The notes: generated by a model from the letters alone, not told the origin. DNA of 64,000 nucleotides from an uncultured Rivularia sp. (GCA_963665115.1 OY762007.1:1152001-1216000); one strand, 5' to 3'; positions 20,266 through 31,835 are shown, counted from the stretch's first letter. Numbers and translations: made by a program.

Positions 20266-22407
20266 ATGGCTCCCGTCGGCATTGGTTCTAGCGATTCAAG
20301 TTATACATTAAAATCGGGTGAAGCTAAACTTTGGCTGTTATTGGTGGGTGTCAACGATTATCAAGATATAGGTTTACCTTCTTTACGTTATCCAGCTTTG
20401 GATTGTCAGGGTTTGGAGCAGTCATTAATTAAAGCTACTGAAGGATTTCCTAATAAGGAGATTGTGGTACATCACGATTTTGCTTCAAAAACGCCTATAT
20501 TAAAAAATATTCGGGAGAGTTTAAAGAAGATTGTCTTTTATTCTCAACCTGACGACTCCATAATGCTATATTTTTCCGGACATGGAATGTTAGATCCGAG
20601 TACCCAAGAAGCTGTATTATGTTTTTCCGATACCAACCAAAATAATTTATTAAATACTGGTTTACCGATGCAGGAATTGGTAGAAATTTTAAGTAAAAGT
20701 CCTGCAAAGCAACAATTATTATGTTTGGATACCTGTCATAGTGGTGATATGGCATTATTGGGTTCCGGTGGTAGTGCTAGAGATGCAGAAACACCCGTGA
20801 GCAATTCCACCCCGCAACTGATGAGCGTCTTGAGACAGCGAGCTTCTCAAAGCAAGGGATTTTGTGCTTTACTAAGTTGCGATCGCGGACAAAAGTCTTG
20901 GGAATTTCCCGAGTTGGGGCATGGGGTGTTCACCTATTATTTAATGCAGGGGTTGTCGGGAGAAGCTGCCGATACCACCGGATTTATTGATGCTGACGGC
21001 TTATATAAATATGTTTATCGTCAAACGGTACAGTATATTGATAAATTAAATTATCAAGTACGTTTAATTAATCAGCAAAAGCTGGCTCGTGGAGACAGTA
21101 AACTTTATCCGGAGTATCCTTTACAAACTCCTAAAAGAATTGTTGAAGGGGTAGGAGAATTAATTGTTGGATATAAGCCCAAGAAAGAAAATCGTCAAAG
21201 TCAATTAAGACGTGCTTTTGTGGTTGATGGGCTGTTAAATCGAGATTCGAGCAACAAGTTAAGTCTATTGCTGGCTGGTGCTGGTGGTTTTGAAGTCGAA
21301 TGTTTTCATCAACAAGATAAAAATTGGTCGGATATTCAAGGAGAAATTCAAAAATTTATCCAAACTACCCAGGAATTAAAAGCAGAAAATCATGGCATAG
21401 GGGGAGTTAACAACATATCCACCTGTTTATTATATTTACGGGGTTGCGTTAAAGAAACCGAAGATGGAGAAGGCAGATTAATTTTAGGTGGTGGAGCCTA
21501 TTTGAGTCGCAGTTATTTTAGAAGAATATTGCGTCAGGCCCAAAAAACACAGCAAATAGTAATATTAAATTTAGTCAGCCCGGATTCAAATCTTTCTACC
21601 GCACAGAATTGGATCGAAGATTTACAATGCTCAGCCGAATACGGACAATGTTTAATAATTACTCAAACATCCTTCGATAAATCGGAAGTCTTTTGCCAAA
21701 CCTTGATAGAAAGTCTTGCTGCGGCAAATTCTCAACTTGGATTACCAGTTGCAAAATGGATTACTCAATTACAAAAACTGTTGCAGAATAAAGATATTAA
21801 TTTAAAAACTTGGTTTTCCGGTACCCAAGCCATAATTGATATTTTACCAGGTGGTATCGATCGGGTATTTGAGGAAGTTAAGCAAGTTGAAATTAAGAAA
21901 GCAGCAGTAACGAAGCTTGCAAAACCATTAGCAACTGCACAAAATATACAGAATATAGTTTTAACAGCCGAAAATTACACTAGATTAGAAACATTGCTCA
22001 AACATTCAGTAGGAGTAATTGCATCGGCGATATTGCAACAGTGCATTGACAAATCGGCAAATAACCAAGAATTAATCGAAAAGCTGACAGATTATATATC
22101 TCTCCAGCAAAAAAGGCATTTTAAAAATCAAGCCAAAGTTATTTTAGAGTCTTCAGATATTGCCATTCAACCCCAGCTATCTAAATCGGCAGCAGTTGTA
22201 GGGCAAAGCATCGATAATGATTTTATCAAAGAATGCAAACGCGACTTGATTTATTTAATTGGCCCAATCGCGAATTTTGTTATTGAAGAGATATTGCAAT
22301 CTAATCCGCAGATTAGTGCAACCGACTTTGTAAACGAATTAGCAAAAAACGTACCCGACTCCGGAATGGCTGAAGAATTTAAACAGCGGATGTTAGAAAA
22401 AGGTTAA
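20266..22407 (+). CDS. Caspase-family (peptidase C14, orthocaspase-like) multidomain protein
   Basis: LLLVGVNDY, YFSGHG (His), LDTCHSG (Cys) and GHGVFTYYL. A degenerate middle domain and two C-terminal helical repeats (VGVIA / IGPIA) follow. Confidence 0.88.
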   Translation: MAPVGIGSSDSSYTLKSGEAKLWLLLVGVNDYQDIGLPSLRYPALDCQGLEQSLIKATEGFPNKEIVVHHDFASKTPILKNIRESLKKIVFYSQPDDSIMLYFSGHGMLDPSTQEAVLCFSDTNQNNLLNTGLPMQELVEILSKSPAKQQLLCLDTCHSGDMALLGSGGSARDAETPVSNSTPQLMSVLRQRASQSKGFCALLSCDRGQKSWEFPELGHGVFTYYLMQGLSGEAADTTGFIDADGLYKYVYRQTVQYIDKLNYQVRLINQQKLARGDSKLYPEYPLQTPKRIVEGVGELIVGYKPKKENRQSQLRRAFVVDGLLNRDSSNKLSLLLAGAGGFEVECFHQQDKNWSDIQGEIQKFIQTTQELKAENHGIGGVNNISTCLLYLRGCVKETEDGEGRLILGGGAYLSRSYFRRILRQAQKTQQIVILNLVSPDSNLSTAQNWIEDLQCSAEYGQCLIITQTSFDKSEVFCQTLIESLAAANSQLGLPVAKWITQLQKLLQNKDINLKTWFSGTQAIIDILPGGIDRVFEEVKQVEIKKAAVTKLAKPLATAQNIQNIVLTAENYTRLETLLKHSVGVIASAILQQCIDKSANNQELIEKLTDYISLQQKRHFKNQAKVILESSDIAIQPQLSKSAAVVGQSIDNDFIKECKRDLIYLIGPIANFVIEEILQSNPQISATDFVNELAKNVPDSGMAEEFKQRMLEKG

Positions 22408-22474
22408 AGGTTAAAGGTTAAAGGTTAAAAATGTTTACCAATTACCAATTACCAATTACCAATTACCAATTACC
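22400..22474. repeat. STRR tracts (AAAGGTT, TTACCAA) between convergent genes
   Basis: Visible tandem 7-mers. Confidence 0.85.
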
Positions 22475-22476
22475 TA

Positions 22477-23370
22477 TTACCTATTATCCTTATTTTTCAA
22501 CATATTCATTGCAATTTCCAAACTATACTTCATTCTATTAAAGGCTTCGGCTAAATCTCCGATTTCATCGTTACGTTGTTGACCAAAACTAGCATTCATA
22601 TCACCGACGCTAACTTGCTCGGCAACTGTAGAAATTCGTTTAATTCGCCCTAAAACGGTTCTTTTTAATAGTCCGTTCATTATTACAACTACGGCTGTAA
22701 AAATCATCGCCACAACTCCCATAACTATCATAAAAGACCGATTCGCATTTTGAAAAATCTTTTGGGCAGGTACATAAACAATTTGAGTGGCAACAATTTC
22801 ATTTAATTTCCATCCGTAGCCACTTTCTGTGCCATAAGTGTTTATCTGACTTTTCGGTGCTTTATCGACTGTAGTGTGACAGCGAAGACAACTTTCGTTT
22901 TTGATTTGAAAAGGTTTGGCAGTGTAATACAGTTGGGTTCCATTCTTATTGCGAAAACCCGATATAGATTTTGTATCTGGTTCCCGACGAAATCTGTTAA
23001 CAATATCAGCTTCAAAATCATCAGCTTTATCTCGTAAATTCGTCGGATTTAATGCCGCATCTTTATAGAAGTAACTGGCAAACTCTGGACTTTTACGAAA
23101 ATATTCAAAGGTTTCTCTAACTGAATAAGTTGGTATCGCTTCGGGAATAAACTCTTCTTGAGTTTCTAGTTTTGGCAATAATAAAGGTTGTACTCTGTCA
23201 TTTGTATAGGTTCTAATTGAATTATTCATTGCCATTAACGCGCTTGCTTTAGAATCTACCTCGCTCTCAGCTTTATCTTCTAATACATTTGCCAGCGATA
23301 TTCCACTGATTAGAATACCAATGACGAAGACAATTATTAAACTTAACGTTACTTTGGTTTCAATTTTCAT
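22477..23370 (-). CDS. DUF3365/Tll0287-like c-type heme sensor with HAMP domain, no output domain
   Basis: TM, periplasmic domain with LNPTNLRDKADDFE and CLRCH, TM, then HAMP (DEIGDLAEAFNRM). Confidence 0.85.
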   Translation of the reverse strand: MKIETKVTLSLIIVFVIGILISGISLANVLEDKAESEVDSKASALMAMNNSIRTYTNDRVQPLLLPKLETQEEFIPEAIPTYSVRETFEYFRKSPEFASYFYKDAALNPTNLRDKADDFEADIVNRFRREPDTKSISGFRNKNGTQLYYTAKPFQIKNESCLRCHTTVDKAPKSQINTYGTESGYGWKLNEIVATQIVYVPAQKIFQNANRSFMIVMGVVAMIFTAVVVIMNGLLKRTVLGRIKRISTVAEQVSVGDMNASFGQQRNDEIGDLAEAFNRMKYSLEIAMNMLKNKDNR

Positions 23371-23440
23371 AGTTTTAATGTGGTAATTGGTAATTGGTAA
23401 TCGGTAACTGGTAATTAGTCAACATCTTTAACATTTAACC

Positions 23441-24331
23441 TCAACCACCTCTTTTTTTATTAATCATATTCATGGCAATTTCTAAACTGTATTTCATTCG
23501 GTTAAACGCTTCAGCTAAGTCTCCAATTTCATCTTTATTTTGTTTGCCGAAATTAGCATTCATGTCACCAACACTAACTTGTTCTGCAACTGATGCAATT
23601 TTTTTAATTCGCTGTAATACGGTTCTTTTTAATAGCAAATTTATGATGACAACGACTGCTGTGAAAATCATCGCGACAATTCCGGTAATTAAGAGAAATG
23701 AGTCGCGAGCATTTGTAAGAATGCTTTCGGCAGGTACGTAAACTATTTGAGCGCCAAGTACTTCATTCAATTTCCATCCGAAACCATTTTCTCTTCCATA
23801 GGTTGCTAATTGACTTTTTGGTGCCCTTTCGGGAGTACTATGACAGCGAAGACAACTTTCATTTGTTACCGAGAAAGGTTTAGCTGTATAGTAAAGTTTT
23901 GTCCCCGATATTGTGCGATAACCCGATGAAGTATTCTTATCGGTATTTTTAAATTTGTTGACGATTTTCGTTTCAAAATTATCTGCTTTATCTCGTAAAT
24001 TAGTCGGATCTAATGTCGCATCTTTATAGAAAAAATTGGCATAATCTGGAGTACTACGAAAATATTCAAAGATTTCTCTGACGGAAAAAGCTGGTATCGA
24101 TTCTGGAATAAATGTATCTTGATTTTCTGCTTTTGGTAATAATAAAGGCTGTACTCGCTCGTTTGTATAGTTTCTGATGGCATTGTTCATTTCCATCAAC
24201 GCGCCTGCTTTTGAATTTACTTCTCCCTGGGCTTTTGTATTTAATACGTTTGATAGTGCAATTCCACTAATTAAAATACCAATTACAAAAACAATTATCA
24301 AATTTAAAGTTAATCGGGTTCCTATTTTCAT
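23441..24331 (-). CDS. DUF3365/Tll0287-like c-type heme sensor with HAMP domain (tandem paralog)
   Basis: Same architecture, with CLRCH and an identical HAMP tail. Confidence 0.85.
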   Translation of the reverse strand: MKIGTRLTLNLIIVFVIGILISGIALSNVLNTKAQGEVNSKAGALMEMNNAIRNYTNERVQPLLLPKAENQDTFIPESIPAFSVREIFEYFRSTPDYANFFYKDATLDPTNLRDKADNFETKIVNKFKNTDKNTSSGYRTISGTKLYYTAKPFSVTNESCLRCHSTPERAPKSQLATYGRENGFGWKLNEVLGAQIVYVPAESILTNARDSFLLITGIVAMIFTAVVVIINLLLKRTVLQRIKKIASVAEQVSVGDMNANFGKQNKDEIGDLAEAFNRMKYSLEIAMNMINKKRGG

Positions 24332-24351
24332 GATTTTTTATCCTTTTATAA

Positions 24352-24500
<149 letters not shown>

Positions 24501-24666
24501 TTTATATTAGTAATAAAACATAATTTTATGAAGAATAATTGGTTTGACGAAGCTTTTTATGCAAACTTTAAAATTATTATTTTTGAAAAATTATTTAAGT
24601 ATGATTATTTATAATTCTTCGTAATCTTCAGATAAAGATTTATTTTATACTCATACTCTTCTTGAT

Positions 24667-25566
24667 ATGATTTACATAATGAAAGTATATTTACTCCATC
24701 ATATTAAAATGAATTCCAAATTATCTCGACGTATATTTATATCACAAATGCTTTTATCAATAGCTGCTTGTGCGACAGAAGAAACAATATTTACTCGACG
24801 TTTAGTTATAGGTGTACTCAGTTATGGACAAGGAAAACAAACTGTAGAAAGATTAAGCGAATTTCGTGAATATTTAAGCGATAATCTCAAGACGATTATT
24901 GAATTGGAACCCGCTTTTAATGAAAGAATCGCCATCGAACGCATCAAACGTAAATCTTGGTCATTGGTTTTTGCTACTCCTGGTTTAGCTGCTATGGGTA
25001 TTGCTTATCATCAATATTGGAGTATGTTTCCTTTAAAATTAGATAGCAACTCTCGTTCTATAATTGTTGTCAATCAAGGTAGTTCTTTAAAGAAAATACA
25101 AGATTTACAAGGGAAAAAACTGGCTTTAGGACAACAGGGTTCGGCAACTGGTTATTATTTTCCACTTTTCAATCTTTACGGTTTGACATTAGCCTCGATC
25201 CGATTTTCTCCTACACCACAATTATCTTTAGAATTATTATCGCAAGGTGAAGTTGATGCTGCTGCTCTTTCTTTAGAAGAGTTTAATTTTTATAAATCAA
25301 AAATAGATTCTGCACAGTTTCAGATTTTATTTACAGATACTCATACTGCACCTTCCGGCTCTTTGATATGTAGTCCAATGGTAGAAAGAAAACTCGCCGA
25401 TGCGATTCGCAGTAACTTGAATAAAGCTCCTGATTCCTTGATTCAACAAGCCGAATATGTCCCAAAATCATCACCCCCCGATTATAAATATATGATCAGT
25501 GTGGTTAAAAGAGTTAATGCTATTACTGAAAATATTAACTCCAAACCCGTGCGTTTATTTAATTGA
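24667..25566 (+). CDS. PhnD/SsuA-type substrate-binding protein (probable lipoprotein; start may be 24709)
   Basis: SRRIF...IAAC, DLQGKKLALGQQGSATGYYFP and GEVDAAA. Confidence 0.78.
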   Translation: MIYIMKVYLLHHIKMNSKLSRRIFISQMLLSIAACATEETIFTRRLVIGVLSYGQGKQTVERLSEFREYLSDNLKTIIELEPAFNERIAIERIKRKSWSLVFATPGLAAMGIAYHQYWSMFPLKLDSNSRSIIVVNQGSSLKKIQDLQGKKLALGQQGSATGYYFPLFNLYGLTLASIRFSPTPQLSLELLSQGEVDAAALSLEEFNFYKSKIDSAQFQILFTDTHTAPSGSLICSPMVERKLADAIRSNLNKAPDSLIQQAEYVPKSSPPDYKYMISVVKRVNAITENINSKPVRLFN

Positions 25567-27173
25567 ATTGTAATATAAATGCTATCATGTCACGCTTACC
25601 TAAACCAATCTTTACTCCGGGACCTAACTTATACCAAATACCCGGTAAAAGTGGATATTTATTAATATATGTACCGTTAGAACTTCCCATATCTTGAATA
25701 TAGTAATCTTCTCCATCAAATTTAATTTGAGCATGGTTTCGAGAAACTACTTCCGAATGAGGTAAATTTGCAACGTCTATATTTTGACTATTATCGTTAT
25801 TTCCTTTACCGATATTAATTAATGAAGGAACTTCCGGTAAATCAAGTACTTGATTAGTTAAAGTATGAATTAATTGAGGAACGGGTGCTTGTAAATTTGT
25901 CGGTGAATCTGTTGCTGGAATAAATGTTTTTTGTGCTTGTAATCCGCTAATAATTGGTGCGGGTAGTGTTTGTTTGGGAGTTATGAGAATGTTGAAGATG
26001 AAAAATGCAATTACAGAATAAACAGCAGCACTGAAAAATACAACTTTGATTCCACCTAAGCCAATTGCTAAACCTCCGAGTATGGGGCCCGAGTGCTTGC
26101 CCTAACGATTGCACGCTGGCATTCACAGCCATAAATCCAGCACGGGAATCTTGAGCGGATAATCCTGCTAATAATGCTTGAGATGATGGTAAAGCGAATG
26201 CTAATGCTACACCAAATAAAGCGCTAGGAATTAATAACAGCCAGGGGTTAGTTATTAACGGAATCATTATTAATGCTACCGCACTGATGGGAAAAGAAGT
26301 TTTAATTAAAGTTATTTCCGAAAACCTTTGAATTAACCATCCCAATTGAGAAGCACTTATCGCAACAGCCAAGGACATTACACATAATATAATTCCATTC
26401 ATAAACCCAGAAGCACCAAGATTAACCCCTGCAAAAATTGGTATGTAGGTTATAAAAGCCCCAAACTGAATCATAAATATGGTACCCACCGCAAATAATA
26501 ATCCCATCACGGAACGGTTATTAACGCTATTCCAAGTACCTTTGAGATAAACTTTTAAACTTTCTTGTTTTACATTAGCAGGTCTTTTTGGTAATTTTAA
26601 AACCATGATTACCAGCATTACCAAAGGAAAAGCTAAAACCGAAAGTAGAAATGGGTACGACCAATTTAGACTTCCTAAAGCTCCACCCACCAACGGGTAA
26701 ATTGCCGAAGATATGCCGATTACAGCAGCATTGATGGACATTGCCGCACCCAACATTCTACCTTGGTAGAGCATGGCAATCATCGTTAGCGATAAAGCAT
26801 CTAGAGGAGCAGCACCCAATCCTTGTAAAAATCGCAATCCGAGAACAGAAGTGAAAGTACCCGCAAAAGAAATCGAAGCTCCCGCGATCGCAAACAATAT
26901 TAAAGCCGGAATCAACACTTTGCGAATTCCAATCCGATCTGCCAAAACCCCTAAAATAGGAGTTGCAAGACCGATGGGTAACACAAAAAGCGTCATCACC
27001 AGTTCAATTTCCCTGGTAGAGACATTAAATACTTCCGTCAGACTCGGTAATATTGGAGCAACCGTTTGTCCTCCCATAATAGATATCAAAGTTACACCAA
27101 TAATGATGTAAAGATTTTTATCCTGAGCGATATTTGGTGTATTTTTCTGCTCTGCTTGAACTGATGTATTCAC
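25559..27173 (-). CDS. MFS transporter fused to a C-terminal FHA domain, +1 frameshift at about 26087
   Basis: MFS motif GVLADRIGIRKV. After removing one C in GGGCCCC the frame reads GPILGG...INIGK...VSRNHAQI...IQDMGSSNGTYIN...FILQFN*. Confidence 0.85.
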
Positions 27174-27209
27174 ATTTACTCCCTATTGATTTTACTGCTT
27201 CATTTATTA

Positions 27210-27238
27210 AATAGGAGTTGGGGTAATCAGTTTATGCA
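27210..27238 (-). promoter_or_regulatory. Candidate bipartite promoter TGCATAA-N16-CCTATT
   Basis: Minus strand TGCATAAACTGATTACCCCAACTCCTATT, about 35 bp before MFS-FHA. Confidence 0.65.
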
Positions 27239-27790
27239 ATATTAATTTTGGGGAATTGGGAATTGGGGATTGGGTAATGGGTAATGGGTAATTGGTAATT
27301 GGTCAGTAAGTCGGCATGAATAAATATAATTGTCTTCTGTCATTGCCACGAGGGACAAGGAAGCAATCCCAACCGTTTCGAGCTTTTTACTTTTCGTTAC
27401 ATAGTTTGATTTCTTTGCGCCAACTTACTTGTATCTAATCTTCCTGTATGGGAATAGTTCGTAGGTTTTAATCTTATTGTGGAAAAAGATCAATTAAGAA
27501 AAAACCTTACTAAACGCAGAGGACGCTGAGGGAAGAGGTTTTAGAGAGATGGTTGGTAATTTTTTTATTTTGTAGGGTGCGTGACACCTTAAGTAATGTT
27601 GGATGTAGCGATAATTTTGATTGTGTCACGCACCAATCCGTGTATTGTAATTTCCGAGATTGGGAAAGGGAATATCTTGTTATATCAGGTGTTCCGGTAT
27701 CGGAATAGTATTTTTTTAAACGCAGAGGAGCGCTGAGGGAAACGCGGAGGAGCGCGGAGTAGAGGTAAGGGGATGAGAGAAAAGTTGGTG

Positions 27791-28897
27791 TTAAAATATT
27801 TCACAAGCAACTCGGAAGCCGTTTTCTGGGATGAGATTAGTTCGGTCTACCTTAAGACGATAAGCAGAATGACACTTATCAGGACTGACTCTCCATGAAC
27901 CACCACGCATCGAACGAATTATACGACTTTGGTAATTAATCCATGCGCTACCATCTAATGGTAATTTTTTATAATCATCAAGCCAAGTATCTTCGCACCA
28001 TTCCCATACATTTCCGTGCATATCGTATAACCCAAAAGCATTAGGAGGGAATTGTCCGACTGGGGTTGTTTTTCCCCTGGATTCACCTTTTGGCTCATCT
28101 GCATAGCTGCTTGTGTGAGCGAAATAATTAGCTAATTCGCTGGTAATTGTCTCTCCATAATGGAATGGTGTGATAGTTCTGGCTCTACAAGCATATTCCC
28201 ACTGAGTTTCACTAGGTAATCTGTATTCTTTCCCTGTAGCTTTTGATAATCTCGCACAAAATTCTGCTGCGTCAGACCGAGTAACTCTTTCTACCGGACG
28301 ATTTTGATGTTTTCCTTCATAGTTAGAAAGTTCTGAGTATAAATCTCGCTTAATCTTGAGTAATATAGCTATTGCTTTCCATTGTGCTTGAGTAACTGGG
28401 AATTTCCCCATATAAAATGGTTTTATTGTGACTTGATGCTGTGTTCCTTTGTCTTCCGGTGAACGCATCAAAAATGTCCCACCGGGAATATAAGCCATTT
28501 CCAACTCAATATTATTACCCAAATCTTCCACAAAATATTTCGCTAAATGCTGCTGACGTTGAATAATTTCACCACAACGGTTTACAGTTACTACTTCAAT
28601 TGATTCCAATCCTTCTAAAGCTTGTTTTACCTTCTGTTCCGATAAAGGAGCTAATAAGGAATAGACTTTGATTTGAACTTGTGGTGATTCATCTTCTAAA
28701 GCTTTGATAACCAAATCCAAACCTGGTTCCCCATAATTCAAAGCTTGTTGAAGCGCTTTTATCCTCACCTGTGGATTTGAATTACTCAACCGCAGTTTTA
28801 CACCTTCAATTCCACCAAGGACTGCTGCATGTTTTGGAGGCGGATTTTTCCCACCGAGTACTGCATCGTAGGGTTTAGGATTTTGATTATCTGACAT
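27791..28897 (-). CDS. FGE-sulfatase/SUMF1 (CLec-fold) protein with N-terminal HEAT-like module
   Basis: PYDAVLGG, VTQAQW, RLPSETQWEYACRA, NAFGLYDMHGNVWEWC and RGGSW...GFRV. Confidence 0.88.
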   Translation of the reverse strand: MSDNQNPKPYDAVLGGKNPPPKHAAVLGGIEGVKLRLSNSNPQVRIKALQQALNYGEPGLDLVIKALEDESPQVQIKVYSLLAPLSEQKVKQALEGLESIEVVTVNRCGEIIQRQQHLAKYFVEDLGNNIELEMAYIPGGTFLMRSPEDKGTQHQVTIKPFYMGKFPVTQAQWKAIAILLKIKRDLYSELSNYEGKHQNRPVERVTRSDAAEFCARLSKATGKEYRLPSETQWEYACRARTITPFHYGETITSELANYFAHTSSYADEPKGESRGKTTPVGQFPPNAFGLYDMHGNVWEWCEDTWLDDYKKLPLDGSAWINYQSRIIRSMRGGSWRVSPDKCHSAYRLKVDRTNLIPENGFRVACEIF

Positions 28898-29149
28898 ATC
28901 TTCTATTAAGTTTGGGAACTACCTGAAAATTATTATTCCCAACTCACCCGTGAAATAATCATCTCAAATCAAAAAGCAGGTGAAATCAATAGTTTCAGGA
29001 GTGCGATAAGCCTTCGTGCTTGACCGAAAGAATTTTAGATTTTGGATTATAAATCGTTTCAAGCAAGATGGTTTCAACTATGGGAACAATCTAAAATCCA
29101 AAATCGTTTGACTTAACTTTCATGATAAAATTCTCTTTTTATATAATAA

Positions 29150-29767
29150 GTGATGACAAATACTTCAAATTTCAACCGATTTACTTATGTAATTGGAGCA
29201 AATGATGAAATTGAAGATGAACTAATTAATTGGGTGACAAAATCGGAAGAATATATTAATCAATATTTTGAAGGATATAGAAGCCAAATTAATAAAACAG
29301 TTTTTGGAGATTGCGTATCGAAAATAGAGGCTCTAGCAGAATTATTTATATATGATGATAATTACTTATCGGATTTTAGAGGAGTAAGAGATATAGATGG
29401 TCGTTTGCAAGCTGGTGCCGTAATTTCCGAGCAGATAGGTGAACTTTACCCGTATGCAGAAGAAAGAAAATACTTATCGATAGACCCATTTACTACTCCT
29501 CCCTGGAATTGTTTAAAATTAGAGGGAATAGAGTTTCCTGAAAAAAGGAAAGGTGCGGCTACATGGTTGATGGCAGAAATTGTTCAAGAAACAATTGAGA
29601 CTGAAATTGAAGGAGTAACTAAAGTATTAGCAATTGATAGAGCAAGAAATTTTTATTTAGATATTGGATTTGAAGAAAATCCCGAGTATTCTAGAGAATT
29701 AATTTTGACAAAAGAAACAGCAAGAATTTTCTTAAATAAAGAATTGAGAACTAGAGGAGAGCAATAA
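29150..29767 (+). CDS. GNAT-fold-like hypothetical protein
   Basis: C-terminal KGAATWLMAEIV...ARNFYLDIGFE resembles GNAT motifs A and B. Confidence 0.55.
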   Translation: MMTNTSNFNRFTYVIGANDEIEDELINWVTKSEEYINQYFEGYRSQINKTVFGDCVSKIEALAELFIYDDNYLSDFRGVRDIDGRLQAGAVISEQIGELYPYAEERKYLSIDPFTTPPWNCLKLEGIEFPEKRKGAATWLMAEIVQETIETEIEGVTKVLAIDRARNFYLDIGFEENPEYSRELILTKETARIFLNKELRTRGEQ

Positions 29768-30039
29768 TGGATAAACAACATTATCAACCAACAGAAGAAG
29801 AAATAAAATGGCGAGAAAGATTAGACGAGTTAGGTATGACTGCAATGTGTGGTACACCTATGTCTGATGAAGAAAAAGAGCGAAGGCTTCAATCGGTAAT
29901 TGATGGTAGTTGTTTTAAGAAGTATCTGGAAGGAATATTACAAAGAAAGAAAAAGCTTTTAGAAAGATTAGCGGCTACCGAAAAAACCGAACAATTATTA
30001 AGGGATAAAATAGCAGAAATGGAAGCTAGAAAGAAATAG
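29767..30039 (+). CDS. Small coiled-coil hypothetical protein, translationally coupled to the upstream gene
   Basis: TAATG stop/start overlap and a GAGGAG RBS. Confidence 0.65.
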   Translation: MDKQHYQPTEEEIKWRERLDELGMTAMCGTPMSDEEKERRLQSVIDGSCFKKYLEGILQRKKKLLERLAATEKTEQLLRDKIAEMEARKK

Positions 30040-30275
30040 AAATAAGAAATTTATAAAAATACTAATTCGATACCGCAATAGTTTTTTGCAAATGTAGAAT
30101 CATCTCCGTATTTGAGCTTCTGTTCCGATAGGGGGATTGATAGTCATAGCTAGGAATAAAAATTTATTGTGATATCTACTGTTCCGGAGTCGGAATAGTT
30201 GTTTTTTTTAACGCAAAGGAGTGCTGAGTAAGTTATTCGTTAGTTTGATTATTTTGAGGCTCCGGGGAGTTGAGA

Positions 30276-31471
30276 TTAAAAGATATCGCAGACAACCCGA
30301 AAACTAAGCTTGCTCTTAATATGGTAGCGGTCATCGGTAAAGCTTGGAATTAATTCAAATTCGTCGTCGTGAAAAAAGCGTTGAGTGCAACGACACCAAT
30401 CAGCAAGTGAAAACCATGAACCAGAGCGTACTACTCGCTGAAAGGGACTTCCAAAAATAACATTCCATGCCTTAGTAATCCGCGAACTACCGTCTGTAGA
30501 CGCTCCTCTATAATTATCATGCCAGTTATCTTGGCACCATTCCCATACATTTCCGTGCATATCGTATAACCCAAAAGCATTAGGAGGAAATTGTCCGACT
30601 GGGATAGTTTGTCCTCGCCATTCTCCTTTGGGTTCGTCTGCATAAGTGAAGTTAGCATCATAATTCGCTAATTCACTCGTAATTGTTTCCCCATAGTGAA
30701 ATGGTGTTGTAGTCCCCCGGCTCTACAAGCACATTCCCATTCGGCTTCACTAGGTAATCTATATTTTTTTCCTGTTAGTTTAGATAATCTGGCACAAAAT
30801 TCTATTACATCGTACCAGGATACTCTTTCTACAGGACGATTATCTCCTTTGAAGTAAGAAGGTTCTAGTTTTAGTTTTCGCTCTATCTTAGATAATTTGG
30901 CTATTGCTTCCCATTGTGCCTGAGTAACAGTAAATTTTCCCATGTAAAATGGTTTTATTGTGACTTGGTGTTGAGGTTTTTCATAACCAAAGCGAGTTTT
31001 TTCATCTTCTGGTAAACCCATTAAGAAACTACCACCCCTGATATAAGCCATTTCCAAATCAATCCCATTACCCAAATCTTCCACAAAATATTTCGCTAAA
31101 TGCTGCTGACGTTGAATAATTTCACCACAACGGTTTACAGTTACTACTTCAATCGCTTCAAGCTTTAAATTACAAGGATTAAATTCAAGTAGAGCTTGTT
31201 TAACTTTCTGTTCCGATAAAGGGATTAATAAAGAATGAGCTTTGATTTGAACTTGTGGTGATTCGTCTTCCAAAGCTTTGATAATTAAATCTATTCCTGG
31301 TTCACCATAATTCAAAGCTTGGTGAAGCGCTGTTATTCTCACCTCTAGATTTTCATTATTCAATCGTTGCTTTACACCTTCTATTCCACCGAGAACTGCT
31401 GCACCTTCTGGAGCTTGATTTTGATTACCTAAAACTGCATCGTATGGTTTTGGTTGTTGATGATTTTCCAT
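30276..31471 (-). CDS. FGE-sulfatase paralog 2, frameshift in a G-run at about 30716
   Basis: ACRAG|TTTPFHYGETITSELANY continues into GLYDMHGNVWEWC once the frame is corrected. Confidence 0.83.
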
Positions 31472-31835
31472 AAGTAAGATATTGATTCCACCCTATTTGT
31501 TATGTCAGATATTTTTCTAAACTATATTAGTGAATTTATTTAAGATTCAGTTAGCGATCGCCTTTTGTCAATAAAAAAGCTTTTGAGTTGGAAATCGTTT
31601 TAAATAAAGGGTTTTATCTTCTATTCCGATACCGGAATTGATAATCCGAGTCGGATATGAGAAATTTATACAAATAGTAATTCTATACTGCAATAGTTTT
31701 TTACGAACTTAGAATAATCTCCGTGTTTTAGCTTCTACTCCGATAAAGGAATTAAAGGAATTCTAATTTTACTAATCCGGTATCGGTTGGGGTTTTTGAA
31801 AAAAGCACAGAAGTGCTGAATCAATAATTTTGAGA

